Shown: piece after piece, positions 10,548 through 18,833 of the stretch
Position numbering within the stretch: the first letter of the stretch is position 1
Layout: every line of letters starts with the position of its first letter
From: Geopsychrobacteraceae bacterium
Lineage (GTDB): Bacteria; Desulfobacterota; Desulfuromonadia; Desulfuromonadales; Geopsychrobacteraceae
Assembly: GCA_963676795.2 (NCBI GenBank)
Contig: CAXXTB010000002.1
Coordinates: 1,376,001 to 1,440,000 of the forward strand
Length of the DNA: 64,000 nt
Reading direction: 5' to 3'
Translations under genes and position numbers: made by a program
Notes under the pieces: generated by a model
Database searches by the model: none
Told to the model about the DNA's origin: nothing
What the model saw: the letters and a program-made list of their open reading frames with translations, nothing else

Positions 10548-10727
10548 TAGTTACCATCCGGAAACTTCGGAGGGTAACGCGTAAGTTTTCAGATTGGAAA
10601 CGAGCAATTTTTCGTTGTGGCAAGAAAATCAAGGGATTGAGCGGAGGCGTAGTGCTATACGCCGCACAAGCAAGCCCGCAGATTGACACCGCCACGGCGG
10701 AAAAGGGCCGTTTCCGGATGAAAACTA
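10548..10727. mobile_element. MITE-like non-autonomous element (~180 bp)
   Basis: Terminal inverted repeats TAGTTACCATCCGGAAAC (10548-10565) and GTTTCCGGATGAAAACTA (10710-10727), 16/18 complementary. Internal hairpin GGCGTA-gtgcta-TACGCC. No long ORF. Sits in the only large gap of an otherwise tightly coupled operon. Confidence 0.7.
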
Positions 10728-10758
10728 ACTAAATGCAAAGAAGAGAACGAGGTGTGAA

Positions 10759-11061
10759 ATGTTAAGAAGATCCATAATGTTAATGCTCTCCATGCTTATC
10801 GCGGTTCCTGCCTTTGGCGCAGAAGCTACTCTGAACGACAAGGTCGATCCCCAGGAAAAGACCCTGTCCGGCATGTCGATCGTCGGCAACGACGAAGCTC
10901 CCAAATCGCTCTATATCGTGCCCTGGAAGAGTTCGGAAATCGGCGTCGAAACCAGCCTTGACCGCCTGGCGAACAAGGATGCCGTTCCCCTCGACAGGGA
11001 TGTCTTTCGCAGACAGCTCGAGTTTTATCAGGTCAGTCACAACATCCAGGTACGGAGGTAA
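10759..11061 (+). CDS. Small exported protein (GltF-like)
   Basis: 100 aa, GAGG RBS, signal peptide ending AFG/AEA, motif IVGNDEAPKSLYIVPW. Position between the TPR lipoprotein and the TolQ-like gene matches the Glt core order. Confidence 0.65.
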   Translation: MLRRSIMLMLSMLIAVPAFGAEATLNDKVDPQEKTLSGMSIVGNDEAPKSLYIVPWKSSEIGVETSLDRLANKDAVPLDRDVFRRQLEFYQVSHNIQVRR

Positions 11062-11067
11062 CAGGAA

Positions 11068-11721
11068 ATGGAAATGCTTTACTCAATTATCGGTTTTTTT
11101 CAAAAGGGTGGTGCGTTCATGTACCCGATTCTGCTGGTCTTTGCAGTGGGAATCGCAATCTCGGCGGAACGCTGGATCCAGCTGACCAAAACACGCAAGG
11201 ACAACAGCAAGGTCTGGAAGCAGGTTCAGCCGATTCTCGACAAGGGCGACTTTGACAAGGCCCGACAGGTTGTCGACAAGGATAAATCGATCATCGCCCG
11301 CATGCTGTCGATGGGACTGGCCCGTCAGGGGGCCGTCAGACGCCGTGAGGATATCGAGATCGCCATGGAAGAAAGCCTGATGGAGATCATCCCCCAGCTG
11401 GAAAAAAGGACCCCCTATATCGGTCTGCTCTCCAATATTGCCACGCTGCTTGGCCTGCTCGGGACCATCATGGGTCTGATCGAAGCTTTTACCGCGGTCG
11501 CCAATGCCAATCCGGCGGAAAAGGCCGATCTGCTCTCGGCCAGTATCTCGGTGGCGATGAACACCACGGCCTTCGGCTTGATGGCAGCCATCCCGCTGTT
11601 GTTGATTCACGCCAAGCTGACCTCGACGACCGGCAGCATTGTCGACAGCCTGGAGATGGCTTCAGTAAAAGCTCTGAACAGCATCTCCAGTTTCAGTAAA
11701 CGGCAATTTCCGATGGGCTGA
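11068..11721 (+). CDS. MotA/TolQ/ExbB proton-channel protein (AglR-like)
   Basis: Three TM segments; motifs ATLLGLLGTIMGLI and ISVAMNTTAFGL. Confidence 0.9.
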   Translation: MEMLYSIIGFFQKGGAFMYPILLVFAVGIAISAERWIQLTKTRKDNSKVWKQVQPILDKGDFDKARQVVDKDKSIIARMLSMGLARQGAVRRREDIEIAMEESLMEIIPQLEKRTPYIGLLSNIATLLGLLGTIMGLIEAFTAVANANPAEKADLLSASISVAMNTTAFGLMAAIPLLLIHAKLTSTTGSIVDSLEMASVKALNSISSFSKRQFPMG

Positions 11722-11724
11722 CCT

Positions 11725-12228
11725 ATGACTTCGCGAATGAAAATGAAACGCAGACGCAGTAGCAAGAGCGCACCCGAGCTGGATATCACGACCTTCCTCA
11801 ATCTGATGGTCGTGCTGGTGCCGTTTCTGCTGATCAGTGCCGTTTTCTCCCGGGTGACGATTCTCGAGCTCAGTGTTCCGACCGGGGCCGGCGGGGCTTC
11901 CTCCGGACAGCCTGATTTCACCATCGAGGTTGTGGTCCGCAAGGCGGGTCTGGAGCTGTCCAATGGCCGCAGTGTCGTGGCTGCCATGCCCAACAAGGCG
12001 GACGACTACGACTTCGATACCCTGTCGCAGATGCTGATCCGGCTGAAGAACGACTATCCGGACAAGGAGGATGCAACCGTCCTGATGGAGCCGGAGATCG
12101 AATACGATACCCTGATTCAGGTAATGGACAGTATCCGCGAGGTGCAGATTCCGGATCAGGGCGGAGAGGGTGAGGAGCTACAGACTCTGGCGCTGTTCCC
12201 ACAGATATCGATAGGAGATGCACCATGA
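11725..12228 (+). CDS. ExbD/TolR family protein 1 (AglQ/AglS-like), Asn at the canonical TM Asp position
   Basis: Basic N-terminus, TM segment ELDITTFLNLMVVLVPFLL, periplasmic YDTLIQVMD motif. Confidence 0.85.
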   Translation: MTSRMKMKRRRSSKSAPELDITTFLNLMVVLVPFLLISAVFSRVTILELSVPTGAGGASSGQPDFTIEVVVRKAGLELSNGRSVVAAMPNKADDYDFDTLSQMLIRLKNDYPDKEDATVLMEPEIEYDTLIQVMDSIREVQIPDQGGEGEELQTLALFPQISIGDAP

Positions 12229-12719
12229 GAGAGAGCCGGCGCTTACGGCGCATGGAGCGCAGCCATAAGAAGGTCAGTGCCCTGAATCTGACATCGCTGA
12301 TGGACGTGTTTACCATCCTGGTTTTCTTTCTGCTGGCCAATTCGTCTTCAAGCGAGGTTCTATCGACGCCCAAGCAGATCAAGCTGCCTGATTCGATCGT
12401 TGAAACCAAGCCGCGTGAAACCATCGTGGTGCTGGTCAGTGCCGATCAGGTGCTGGTCCAGGGGGAACCGGTCATCGCGACCGCGGACCTGATCAGCAGT
12501 GGTGATGAGGCGGTACCCGCGATCAGCGAGAAGCTGGGACTTTTAGAGCAGAACGTGATCGGTATCAGCACCAAGGCGGCGATCGAAAACAGGGAAATCA
12601 CCATCCTCGCCGACAAGCAGATTCCGTTCCGGGTCCTGAAGAAGGTGATGTCAACCTGCACCGCTTCGGGCTATGGCAAGATCTCTCTTGCCGTGATCCA
12701 GAAAGCGACGCAAACATAA
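12225..12719 (+). CDS. ExbD/TolR family protein 2 (AglQ/AglS-like)
   Basis: TM segment LNLTSLMDVFTILVFFLL; periplasmic motif ILADKQIPFRVLKKVM..G; ATGA overlap. Confidence 0.88.
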   Translation: MRESRRLRRMERSHKKVSALNLTSLMDVFTILVFFLLANSSSSEVLSTPKQIKLPDSIVETKPRETIVVLVSADQVLVQGEPVIATADLISSGDEAVPAISEKLGLLEQNVIGISTKAAIENREITILADKQIPFRVLKKVMSTCTASGYGKISLAVIQKATQT

Positions 12720-12728
12720 GGAGATTCC

Positions 12729-14192
12729 GTGAGTAGTTCAGAATTTTCACAGGAACTGGAGTCTCTGAACGCGCAGATCGAACAGCTTCAGCTGGCCGTA
12801 GTGAAGCTGGAAGATGAAAAGCGGGTTGTTGAGACAAAACTGGATGACTTCGCCATTGAGCGACAGAATATCGGTCTGCTTGAAGAGGCCTGCAACGCAC
12901 TCGACAAGCTCAACGAACTGGGCGTCGCAGAGCTGTTCTGGTCGGGGCTGGCGGCATCTGTCGATCCGCAGGACCATACCAGTCAGGTTCGCGAGCGCAT
13001 CGAAACGTTTTCCCGGCAGACCAGGGGGCTGAACGACAGGCGTCAGGCGCTTCAGGCCAAGATTGATCAGCATTTGAGCGTCATGGAGTACCTCTTTGAT
13101 GAGGTGGCGCAGGCCGAGGAACGGGAAGAGCGGCGGGTAGAGGAGTTTGCCGTCGTCCGGGAGATGAGTGAGCTGCCGGTCCGTCAGTTAGTGATGCCCT
13201 GGAGCGTTGAGGCTGAAACTGAGCGGCGTTTCCGTTATTCTCTGCTGATTGCCCTGTTCTGGTGCGTGCTGCTCGGGGTTCTGACGCCGCTGGTCAATGT
13301 CCCGATTCCGGACCGGGTGCAGGTGGTTATGGAGATCCCGGCGCGGATGGCCATGCTGCTCAAGGAGGAACCACGCAAGGTGCCGCCTAAACCTGCACAG
13401 ATTGTAGAAAAGCAGAAGCCGGAAGTGGCAGAAGCCGAGAAGCCGAAGAAAGCCAAGGCCGAAGAGAAGGTCGCCAAGAACGAACCGCAGCAACAGAAGA
13501 AAAAGGCCGACAATCGTCCTGTCGGCGGCGGAACCAAAGGCGTCAAGAAAAAGCAGAGTGTCGGCGTGCTGGCCTTCAAGAGCAGCTTCGATGATTTGAT
13601 GGATGAGGTGCCGGTGGCCAAACTGGGCAGCGAAGCCAAGGTCAACAAGGTCAACGCCAAGGTGCCCGGTGAAGCCAGGGCCAGCCGTTCACTGGTCTCG
13701 ACCCAGGCCAAATCGGGAGGCAGTTCCGGGATCAGCAACTTCGGTGTCAGCCGCAATCTGGGCAATGGCGGTTCGGGGGGCGGCAGCGGTTATGGCAATG
13801 CCGGGCAGATCGGCGGGGTCGGAACCGGGCAGGTGGAGAGTGCCATGGCCGGGATGGCCGAACAGGCCGGACGTCCGCTCAGCAGCAGCGCGGATGCGTC
13901 GCGAACCGATGAAGAGATCCAGATCGTCTTCGACCGCTACAAGGCGGCTCTCTACCGCATCTACAACAGGGAGTTGCGCAAGGATCCGACCCTACGTGGC
14001 CGGATCACCCTCAAGCTGACCATCGAACCGGATGGCAGTGTCTCGATGTGCCTCTCCGAGTCGACAGATCTGGCCTCGGATGAACTGGTTGCGCAGATTG
14101 TCGAGCGGATCAAGCGTTTCAATTTCGGTCTCAAGGATGGAGTGCCGAAGGTGACGATACGCTATCCGATCGACTTCCTTCCGGCCGGATGA
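12729..14192 (+). CDS. TonB/TolA-like energy transducer with AgmX/PglI-type C-terminal domain (GltG-like) and N-terminal coiled coil
   Basis: GGAG RBS plus GTG start. ~150-aa heptad-rich N-terminus, one TM helix, K/E/P-rich then Gly-rich linker, TonB-C-like end RTDEEIQIVFDRYKAALYRIYNRELRKDPTLRGRITLKLTIEPDG..YPIDFLP. Confidence 0.82.
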   Translation: MSSSEFSQELESLNAQIEQLQLAVVKLEDEKRVVETKLDDFAIERQNIGLLEEACNALDKLNELGVAELFWSGLAASVDPQDHTSQVRERIETFSRQTRGLNDRRQALQAKIDQHLSVMEYLFDEVAQAEEREERRVEEFAVVREMSELPVRQLVMPWSVEAETERRFRYSLLIALFWCVLLGVLTPLVNVPIPDRVQVVMEIPARMAMLLKEEPRKVPPKPAQIVEKQKPEVAEAEKPKKAKAEEKVAKNEPQQQKKKADNRPVGGGTKGVKKKQSVGVLAFKSSFDDLMDEVPVAKLGSEAKVNKVNAKVPGEARASRSLVSTQAKSGGSSGISNFGVSRNLGNGGSGGGSGYGNAGQIGGVGTGQVESAMAGMAEQAGRPLSSSADASRTDEEIQIVFDRYKAALYRIYNRELRKDPTLRGRITLKLTIEPDGSVSMCLSESTDLASDELVAQIVERIKRFNFGLKDGVPKVTIRYPIDFLPAG

Positions 14193-14212
14193 CGTTGACG
14201 GGACAAATCAGA

Positions 14213-14251
14213 GCAGCGGGGTGTGGTCGGCACCAGATCACACCCCGCTGC
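14213..14251 (+). terminator. Strong hairpin closing the Agl-Glt-like operon
   Basis: GCAGCGGGGTGTGGTC / GATCACACCCCGCTGC inverted repeat ~20 bp after the stop. No immediate U-tract. Confidence 0.5.
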
Positions 14252-14287
14252 AAGCCCGGAAAGGATGGTTTTTAGCTTACGCTGTTG

Positions 14288-14325
14288 AAAAAAAATCCCG
14301 AAGCTGCGCATTATTCAGCTTCGGG
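14288..14325 (-). terminator. Rho-independent terminator of the aldehyde dehydrogenase transcript
   Basis: CCCGAAGCTG / CAGCTTCGGG stem preceded on + by an A8 run (U-tract on the minus strand). Confidence 0.7.
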
Positions 14326-14397
14326 TAGGTGAGGAATCCCGGCATTTCGGGGTGTTGCCGGATGTCAAAAGTTATCGCTATAGCTCTTTTCTCAAAA

Positions 14398-15834
14398 TTA
14401 GAAGCGGTACTCGCGCTGAACACTGATCCAGCGATCTGTGGTGAATTTATCGATAACCCACTTGCCGTTGAAACGCCCGATACCTGACGCCTTCTCGCCG
14501 CCAAACATGACATGGGGTTCATCGTTGATCGTCTGGTCATTGATATGGACCATGCCGGTTTTGATCCGTTTGGCGATCATCATGCCGCGATAGAGATCCT
14601 TGGTGAAGATACTGCCGGTTAAACCATGCTCGGTGTTATTGGCGATGCTGACAGCTTCGTCGATCTCCTTGGCCTTGATGATACTGCAGACAGGACCGAA
14701 GACCTCCTGGGAAGCTGCAGGCATGTCCATCGTCACATCCTGGAAGATCCATGGCGTAATGATATTCCCCTCGCAGGATCCTTCGAGCGCTATCTTTGCT
14801 CCAGCAGCGATGGTTGCTTTGATCAGTTTCTCAACTTCTTTTACCTGTGCACTGTTGATCATCGGTCCAAGAAAGGTGTTCGCGTCGCTCGGGTCACCGA
14901 TCGGAAACTTTTTTACTTTTTCAACCAGGGTGCCGATGAACTGGTCATAAACACTTTCCATGACGACAATCCGGCCGACTGACATGCAGACCTGCCCCTG
15001 ATTGAAAAAAGCACCGAAGGCGGCTGCCGCTGCAGCGCTATCGATATCGGCATCATCCAGCACGATCATGGCGTTGTTGCCGCCAAGTTCGAGGGAAACG
15101 TCTTTGAAGTGACTGACCGCCAGCTGTCCGACACGTCTGCCGACTTCTGTCGAACCGGTGAATGAAACAAGTGATGGAACCGGATGGGTGATCATGGCAT
15201 CCCCGATATCGCTTCCTTTGCCGGCGATAGCGTTGAAAACTCCGGCAGGGAACCCGGCTCGTTCAAAAAACTTGGCGATAAGAAAGGCTGATCCGGGTGT
15301 ATCGGATGCCGGCTTCAGGACGACAGTATTGCCCGTGGCAATGGCCGGGATGACGCTGCGCATGGCCAGGACAAACGGGACATTCCATGGTGCAATAACA
15401 GCGATAACACCTTTAGGCTCCTTGAAGACATAGTTATCCTTGCCCTGGATTGTCGACGGTAGGATTTGTCCTTCGAGCATTTTCGGATAGTTCATCACCT
15501 CACGGACAAAGTCCAGACAGGTGTGATATTCATACTCAGCTTTAGGACGAATGCAGCCCGCTTCGCGTGCCAGCAGCTCAAAGATCTCATCTTTGTAGAA
15601 TTCAATCGCTTCGTACAGTTTGACCAGATAGTTTTGTTTCTCATTCGGCAACAGGGCCGCCCATGCCGGTTGCGCGCTTTCTGCGGCTGTATAGGCATCG
15701 TTGACGTCGTCCAGGCTGGCGCCCTGGTAAGAATACAGCAATTGACCGGAATAGGGATCGTGGTTGTGGAGCAGGGCTGTACCGGTACCGGTTTTCCATA
15801 TCCCGTTGATATATTGTTTGTCGTAGGTATCCAT
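14398..15834 (-). CDS. NAD(P)-dependent aldehyde dehydrogenase (benzaldehyde/vanillin dehydrogenase-like)
   Basis: Motifs PWN, LKPA, FTGSTEVG, LELGG, catalytic Cys in GQVCM, EVFGP; GGAGG RBS. Confidence 0.9.
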   Translation of the reverse strand: MDTYDKQYINGIWKTGTGTALLHNHDPYSGQLLYSYQGASLDDVNDAYTAAESAQPAWAALLPNEKQNYLVKLYEAIEFYKDEIFELLAREAGCIRPKAEYEYHTCLDFVREVMNYPKMLEGQILPSTIQGKDNYVFKEPKGVIAVIAPWNVPFVLAMRSVIPAIATGNTVVLKPASDTPGSAFLIAKFFERAGFPAGVFNAIAGKGSDIGDAMITHPVPSLVSFTGSTEVGRRVGQLAVSHFKDVSLELGGNNAMIVLDDADIDSAAAAAAFGAFFNQGQVCMSVGRIVVMESVYDQFIGTLVEKVKKFPIGDPSDANTFLGPMINSAQVKEVEKLIKATIAAGAKIALEGSCEGNIITPWIFQDVTMDMPAASQEVFGPVCSIIKAKEIDEAVSIANNTEHGLTGSIFTKDLYRGMMIAKRIKTGMVHINDQTINDEPHVMFGGEKASGIGRFNGKWVIDKFTTDRWISVQREYRF

Positions 15835-15866
15835 GGTTCCTCCTTATAGTCGAACGGCCCGGCGGG

Positions 15867-16646
15867 TTACTCGTAACCGGCTAAATGGCATTGGACGTGG
15901 GCAAACATCCCTCCGTCTGTTGCAATGTTGGCTCCGCGAATCCATCCACTCCCTGCTGAAAGCAGAAATGCACAGACCGGAGCAATATCCTGCGGCGTAC
16001 CAGGGCGGTCCATGATCCTCTCGTCTTCCTTGGCCCTTTCACCAAGGGTTTCGTTGAAATCCTTGAGGATCGGGGTGTCGACGGGACCAGGACTGACGCA
16101 GTTCATGCGAATGCCGCGCTCACGCCAGGTCCAGCGGTTTTGCATGGTCCAGACGATGAGAGCTTCTTTGGAAAGAAAATAGGAGCGCCCATCGCTCATA
16201 TCAAATTGCTGGCAGAAGTCGTCGATGGCCTCGTAGCCCTCGATGGCGAGCAGTCTGGTGACCTGTTCTTTGCCTGTTGCCCAGCCCATCCCGGCCAGTG
16301 ACGCAAGGTTGACGATACTCGCGCTGTCGGCCATTTTGGGAATCAGGCCTAACGTCAGCTCTCTGAGTCCAAGAAAGTTGACTTTGAGCACAAGCCCAGG
16401 CGCCTTCGTCGGAGGCAATCCGGCGATATTGCACAAGCCGTCGATTCCGTCAGGAATGGAGGCAACGGCTTCTTTGACAGAATCCTGATTGCCCAGATCG
16501 GCAAAAATAAAGCGGTCAACGTAGTTTTGAGGCTCATTGATATCAATACCGATGACCGTTCCACCCTGCTGTTGGATGAGTTTGGCTGTTTCTGCGCCGA
16601 TTCCAGAGGCGGCCCCGGTAACAACGATAGTTTTTTGGCTTAACAT
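15867..16646 (-). CDS. SDR oxidoreductase resembling coniferyl-alcohol dehydrogenase CalA / 3-alpha-HSD family
   Basis: TGAASGIG Rossmann motif, YFLSK (YxxxK), VSPGPVDTPIL, NIAGLPP, KVNFLG. Substrate is inferred only. Confidence 0.8.
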   Translation of the reverse strand: MLSQKTIVVTGAASGIGAETAKLIQQQGGTVIGIDINEPQNYVDRFIFADLGNQDSVKEAVASIPDGIDGLCNIAGLPPTKAPGLVLKVNFLGLRELTLGLIPKMADSASIVNLASLAGMGWATGKEQVTRLLAIEGYEAIDDFCQQFDMSDGRSYFLSKEALIVWTMQNRWTWRERGIRMNCVSPGPVDTPILKDFNETLGERAKEDERIMDRPGTPQDIAPVCAFLLSAGSGWIRGANIATDGGMFAHVQCHLAGYE

Positions 16647-16728
16647 GTTAATCCTTTTTGGTTGTCGTTGTTTTTCTTGCTAAAGAACTACTGCCTGTTA
16701 CTTGTAGATTTTTCAGGAAAAAACTGAA

Positions 16729-16767
16729 AATCCGGAGTCACCGAATTTGCGTCGATGACTCCGGATT
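16729..16767 (-). terminator. Intrinsic terminator after the two small ORFs
   Basis: AATCCGGAGTCA / TGACTCCGGATT 12-bp inverted repeat, followed on the minus strand by a T-rich tract. Confidence 0.65.
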
Positions 16768-16785
16768 GTTCAGATCGCTAAGCGC

Positions 16786-16905
16786 TTATTCATCCTTGAA
16801 CTTACCGTTCTTGACCTGCTTGTTGTAAGCAAGCGTAGAGAAAATTGCCAAGATAACTATGATGCAGATCAGATATGCGGCTATAAATATATCGACTCCT
16901 CCCAT
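16786..16905 (-). CDS. Small single-TM protein, 39 aa (not in ORF track): MGGVDIFIAAYLICIIVILAIFSTLAYNKQVKNGKFKDE
   Basis: Hand-translated. Strong RBS TAAGGAG 7 nt upstream, ~22-aa hydrophobic segment, basic tail. Confidence 0.75.
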   Translation of the reverse strand: MGGVDIFIAAYLICIIVILAIFSTLAYNKQVKNGKFKDE

Positions 16906-16916
16906 GATAAATCTCC

Positions 16917-17024
16917 TTATTCGTCATCACCTTTATAAGTGAGTTTATGGATGCCAATGATGATGATATTTACAATAATGATGAGAATCAGTGAGTATAC
17001 AATTGTCTGGGTTGCCCAACTCAT
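16917..17024 (-). CDS. Small single-TM protein, 35 aa (not in ORF track): MSWATQTIVYSLILIIIVNIIIIGIHKLTYKGDDE
   Basis: Hand-translated. ATGA overlap with the symporter stop, AGGAGG RBS inside the symporter 3' end, hydrophobic segment. Confidence 0.72.
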   Translation of the reverse strand: MSWATQTIVYSLILIIIVNIIIIGIHKLTYKGDDE

Positions 17025-18502
17025 ACCGCGACCTCCTGTTTAAGAGTAGACTTTTTCTGTTCCTCGATCTGTTTGAGCATCCCTTTCTCACCGGGCAGGA
17101 TGAGGTTGAGGACGATGCCCAGGACAAAGGTGGTGACAAAGACCGGCCAGAAAGCGAAAGTGAAACCTTCCGGGCACCAGGACGGCAGAGCGAAGGTCCA
17201 CCAGCAGTTGACCGCCAGAGAGGCGATCAGGTTGATCCAGGCCGCCGTACGATTGACCTTCCAGACCATGCCGATGAAATAGGCAACAAAGATCGGCATA
17301 CTCAGTGAGAAGCACCAGAAGAACAGAGAAATGATCAGGGTGACTTTCAGTGCCGGCAATGCCGCGGCCAGGGTGACGCCAACAACGACGATTCGACCGA
17401 TCCAGATCTGCTTGTTGCCGCTGAACTTTTCTTTGTGCAGAGGTTCAATGATGTCATCGGTGACAACATGAGCAATCGCCAGAACCATGCCGCTGGCAGT
17501 GGAGAGCAGGGCACAAAGCAGAGCGACCATCAGGACGCCGATCAGCACCGGTGGCAGAGCCTGCAGGGCCAGTTGAGGCACGGCAAGCAGTGGTTCTTTG
17601 GCTGCGATTGCAGCGATAGAGGTGCCGGTGATGCCGAGAATGACCCAGGGGATGGCGGCCATTCCGTTGATGATGCCGCCCAATAATGCCCCCTTGCGGA
17701 TTTCCGCATTGCTTTTAGCGGCCAGCATCGGTTGGTACATGGCATGTTCACTTGAGACGGAGAAGATGTTGAGAACGATGCAGGGGATGATGATGCCGAA
17801 AACCGCCGGGGTTGAAAAATTGAATAGATCGGTTCGCCAGGCTTCGCCAACCAGGCTGTAGGTTTTGGCGACTCCGTCATAGCCCTCGGGAAGCCAGGTG
17901 CCAATATACCAGACAGCGAGATAACTGCCGCCGATGAGGACGATGGCATTGAGGACGTTCATATAGCCCATCTGCAGCATACCGCCAAACATGATGTAGA
18001 TAATGATCAGTGCTGCCGCGATCAACACGCAGTGCGGTGCAAACTGCAGCTTACCGCCGCTCAAGGTGTATATGACGGTTGCGATGCCCAGTGTTTCAGA
18101 CATGGTGATACCGAGCCAACCGGCCGGGGCAATCGAGGTGTTGACGATCTTGATCTTCGGGCCGAAGACTTTGCCCAGCGCCTGGGGAAAGGTCTGGACT
18201 TTCAGCTTCCTGAACATCGGCCCGAACCAGAGCAGGAAGATCGGAATGAAGATGCCACCGGTGATAACCCCCCACCAGGCGACGGAGACGCCAAGCCCGG
18301 CCTGGGCCTGCCACAGCGAACTGGTATGCCCGCCCCCGAGCGGTGCCAGGGTGAAGGAACACATGACGGCAAACCATCCAAGCTGACCGGATGCGGTGAA
18401 AAAGTCCTTGCCAGTCGAGATCTTTTTCTTCGCTTTTAATCCGAAATACACACTGAAAAAGACAAAATACAAAACAGTGATAATAATTGGTACCATCGGC
18501 AA
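17021..18502 (-). CDS. Sodium:solute symporter (SSS) family protein
   Basis: 493 aa, ~13 TM segments, SSS-like motifs (DFFTASGQLG, YIMFGG, ALLSTAS), GGGAGG RBS. Confidence 0.85.
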   Translation of the reverse strand: MPMVPIIITVLYFVFFSVYFGLKAKKKISTGKDFFTASGQLGWFAVMCSFTLAPLGGGHTSSLWQAQAGLGVSVAWWGVITGGIFIPIFLLWFGPMFRKLKVQTFPQALGKVFGPKIKIVNTSIAPAGWLGITMSETLGIATVIYTLSGGKLQFAPHCVLIAAALIIIYIMFGGMLQMGYMNVLNAIVLIGGSYLAVWYIGTWLPEGYDGVAKTYSLVGEAWRTDLFNFSTPAVFGIIIPCIVLNIFSVSSEHAMYQPMLAAKSNAEIRKGALLGGIINGMAAIPWVILGITGTSIAAIAAKEPLLAVPQLALQALPPVLIGVLMVALLCALLSTASGMVLAIAHVVTDDIIEPLHKEKFSGNKQIWIGRIVVVGVTLAAALPALKVTLIISLFFWCFSLSMPIFVAYFIGMVWKVNRTAAWINLIASLAVNCWWTFALPSWCPEGFTFAFWPVFVTTFVLGIVLNLILPGEKGMLKQIEEQKKSTLKQEVAV

Positions 18503-18728
18503 TCCTCCCTGAGTGTCAGTTTTCTAACGATATCCCGCAATAATCGACAACTGTTGGAACCGCTTCCTCTCCACGAAGCCAGTACAGTTGTCCGCATAAA
18601 AAAACAGCTTAAAGCCATGTCCGGATCTTGACCTGCCGGGACTTTCCATTTCAGGAACTGGGATGGTGATTCTAATCTATATCTATGTAGATGAGATGTA
18701 AGGCGTTGTAAAATGGCTTATTTTGATG

Positions 18729-18753
18729 GCTTTATCTAAAAAATAGATAAAGC
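18729..18753. promoter_or_regulatory. Putative LysR operator (T-N11-A palindrome)
   Basis: Perfect inverted repeat GCTTTATCTA-N5-TAGATAAAGC containing ATC-N9-GAT, between lysR and the symporter gene. Confidence 0.65.
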
Positions 18754-18833
18754 TGTGATTCTGGCTATGCTGATCGGATGGGGTGTTTCAAAACAGGATT
18801 GATGGAAAATTTCAAGATGAGAGCCGTGGTCGT

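Noticed and set aside
11068..14192. Calling the cluster tol-pal or a TonB iron-uptake system
   Set aside because: No tolB, pal or plug-containing receptor; two ExbD paralogues and TPR lipoproteins fit the Agl-Glt core better.
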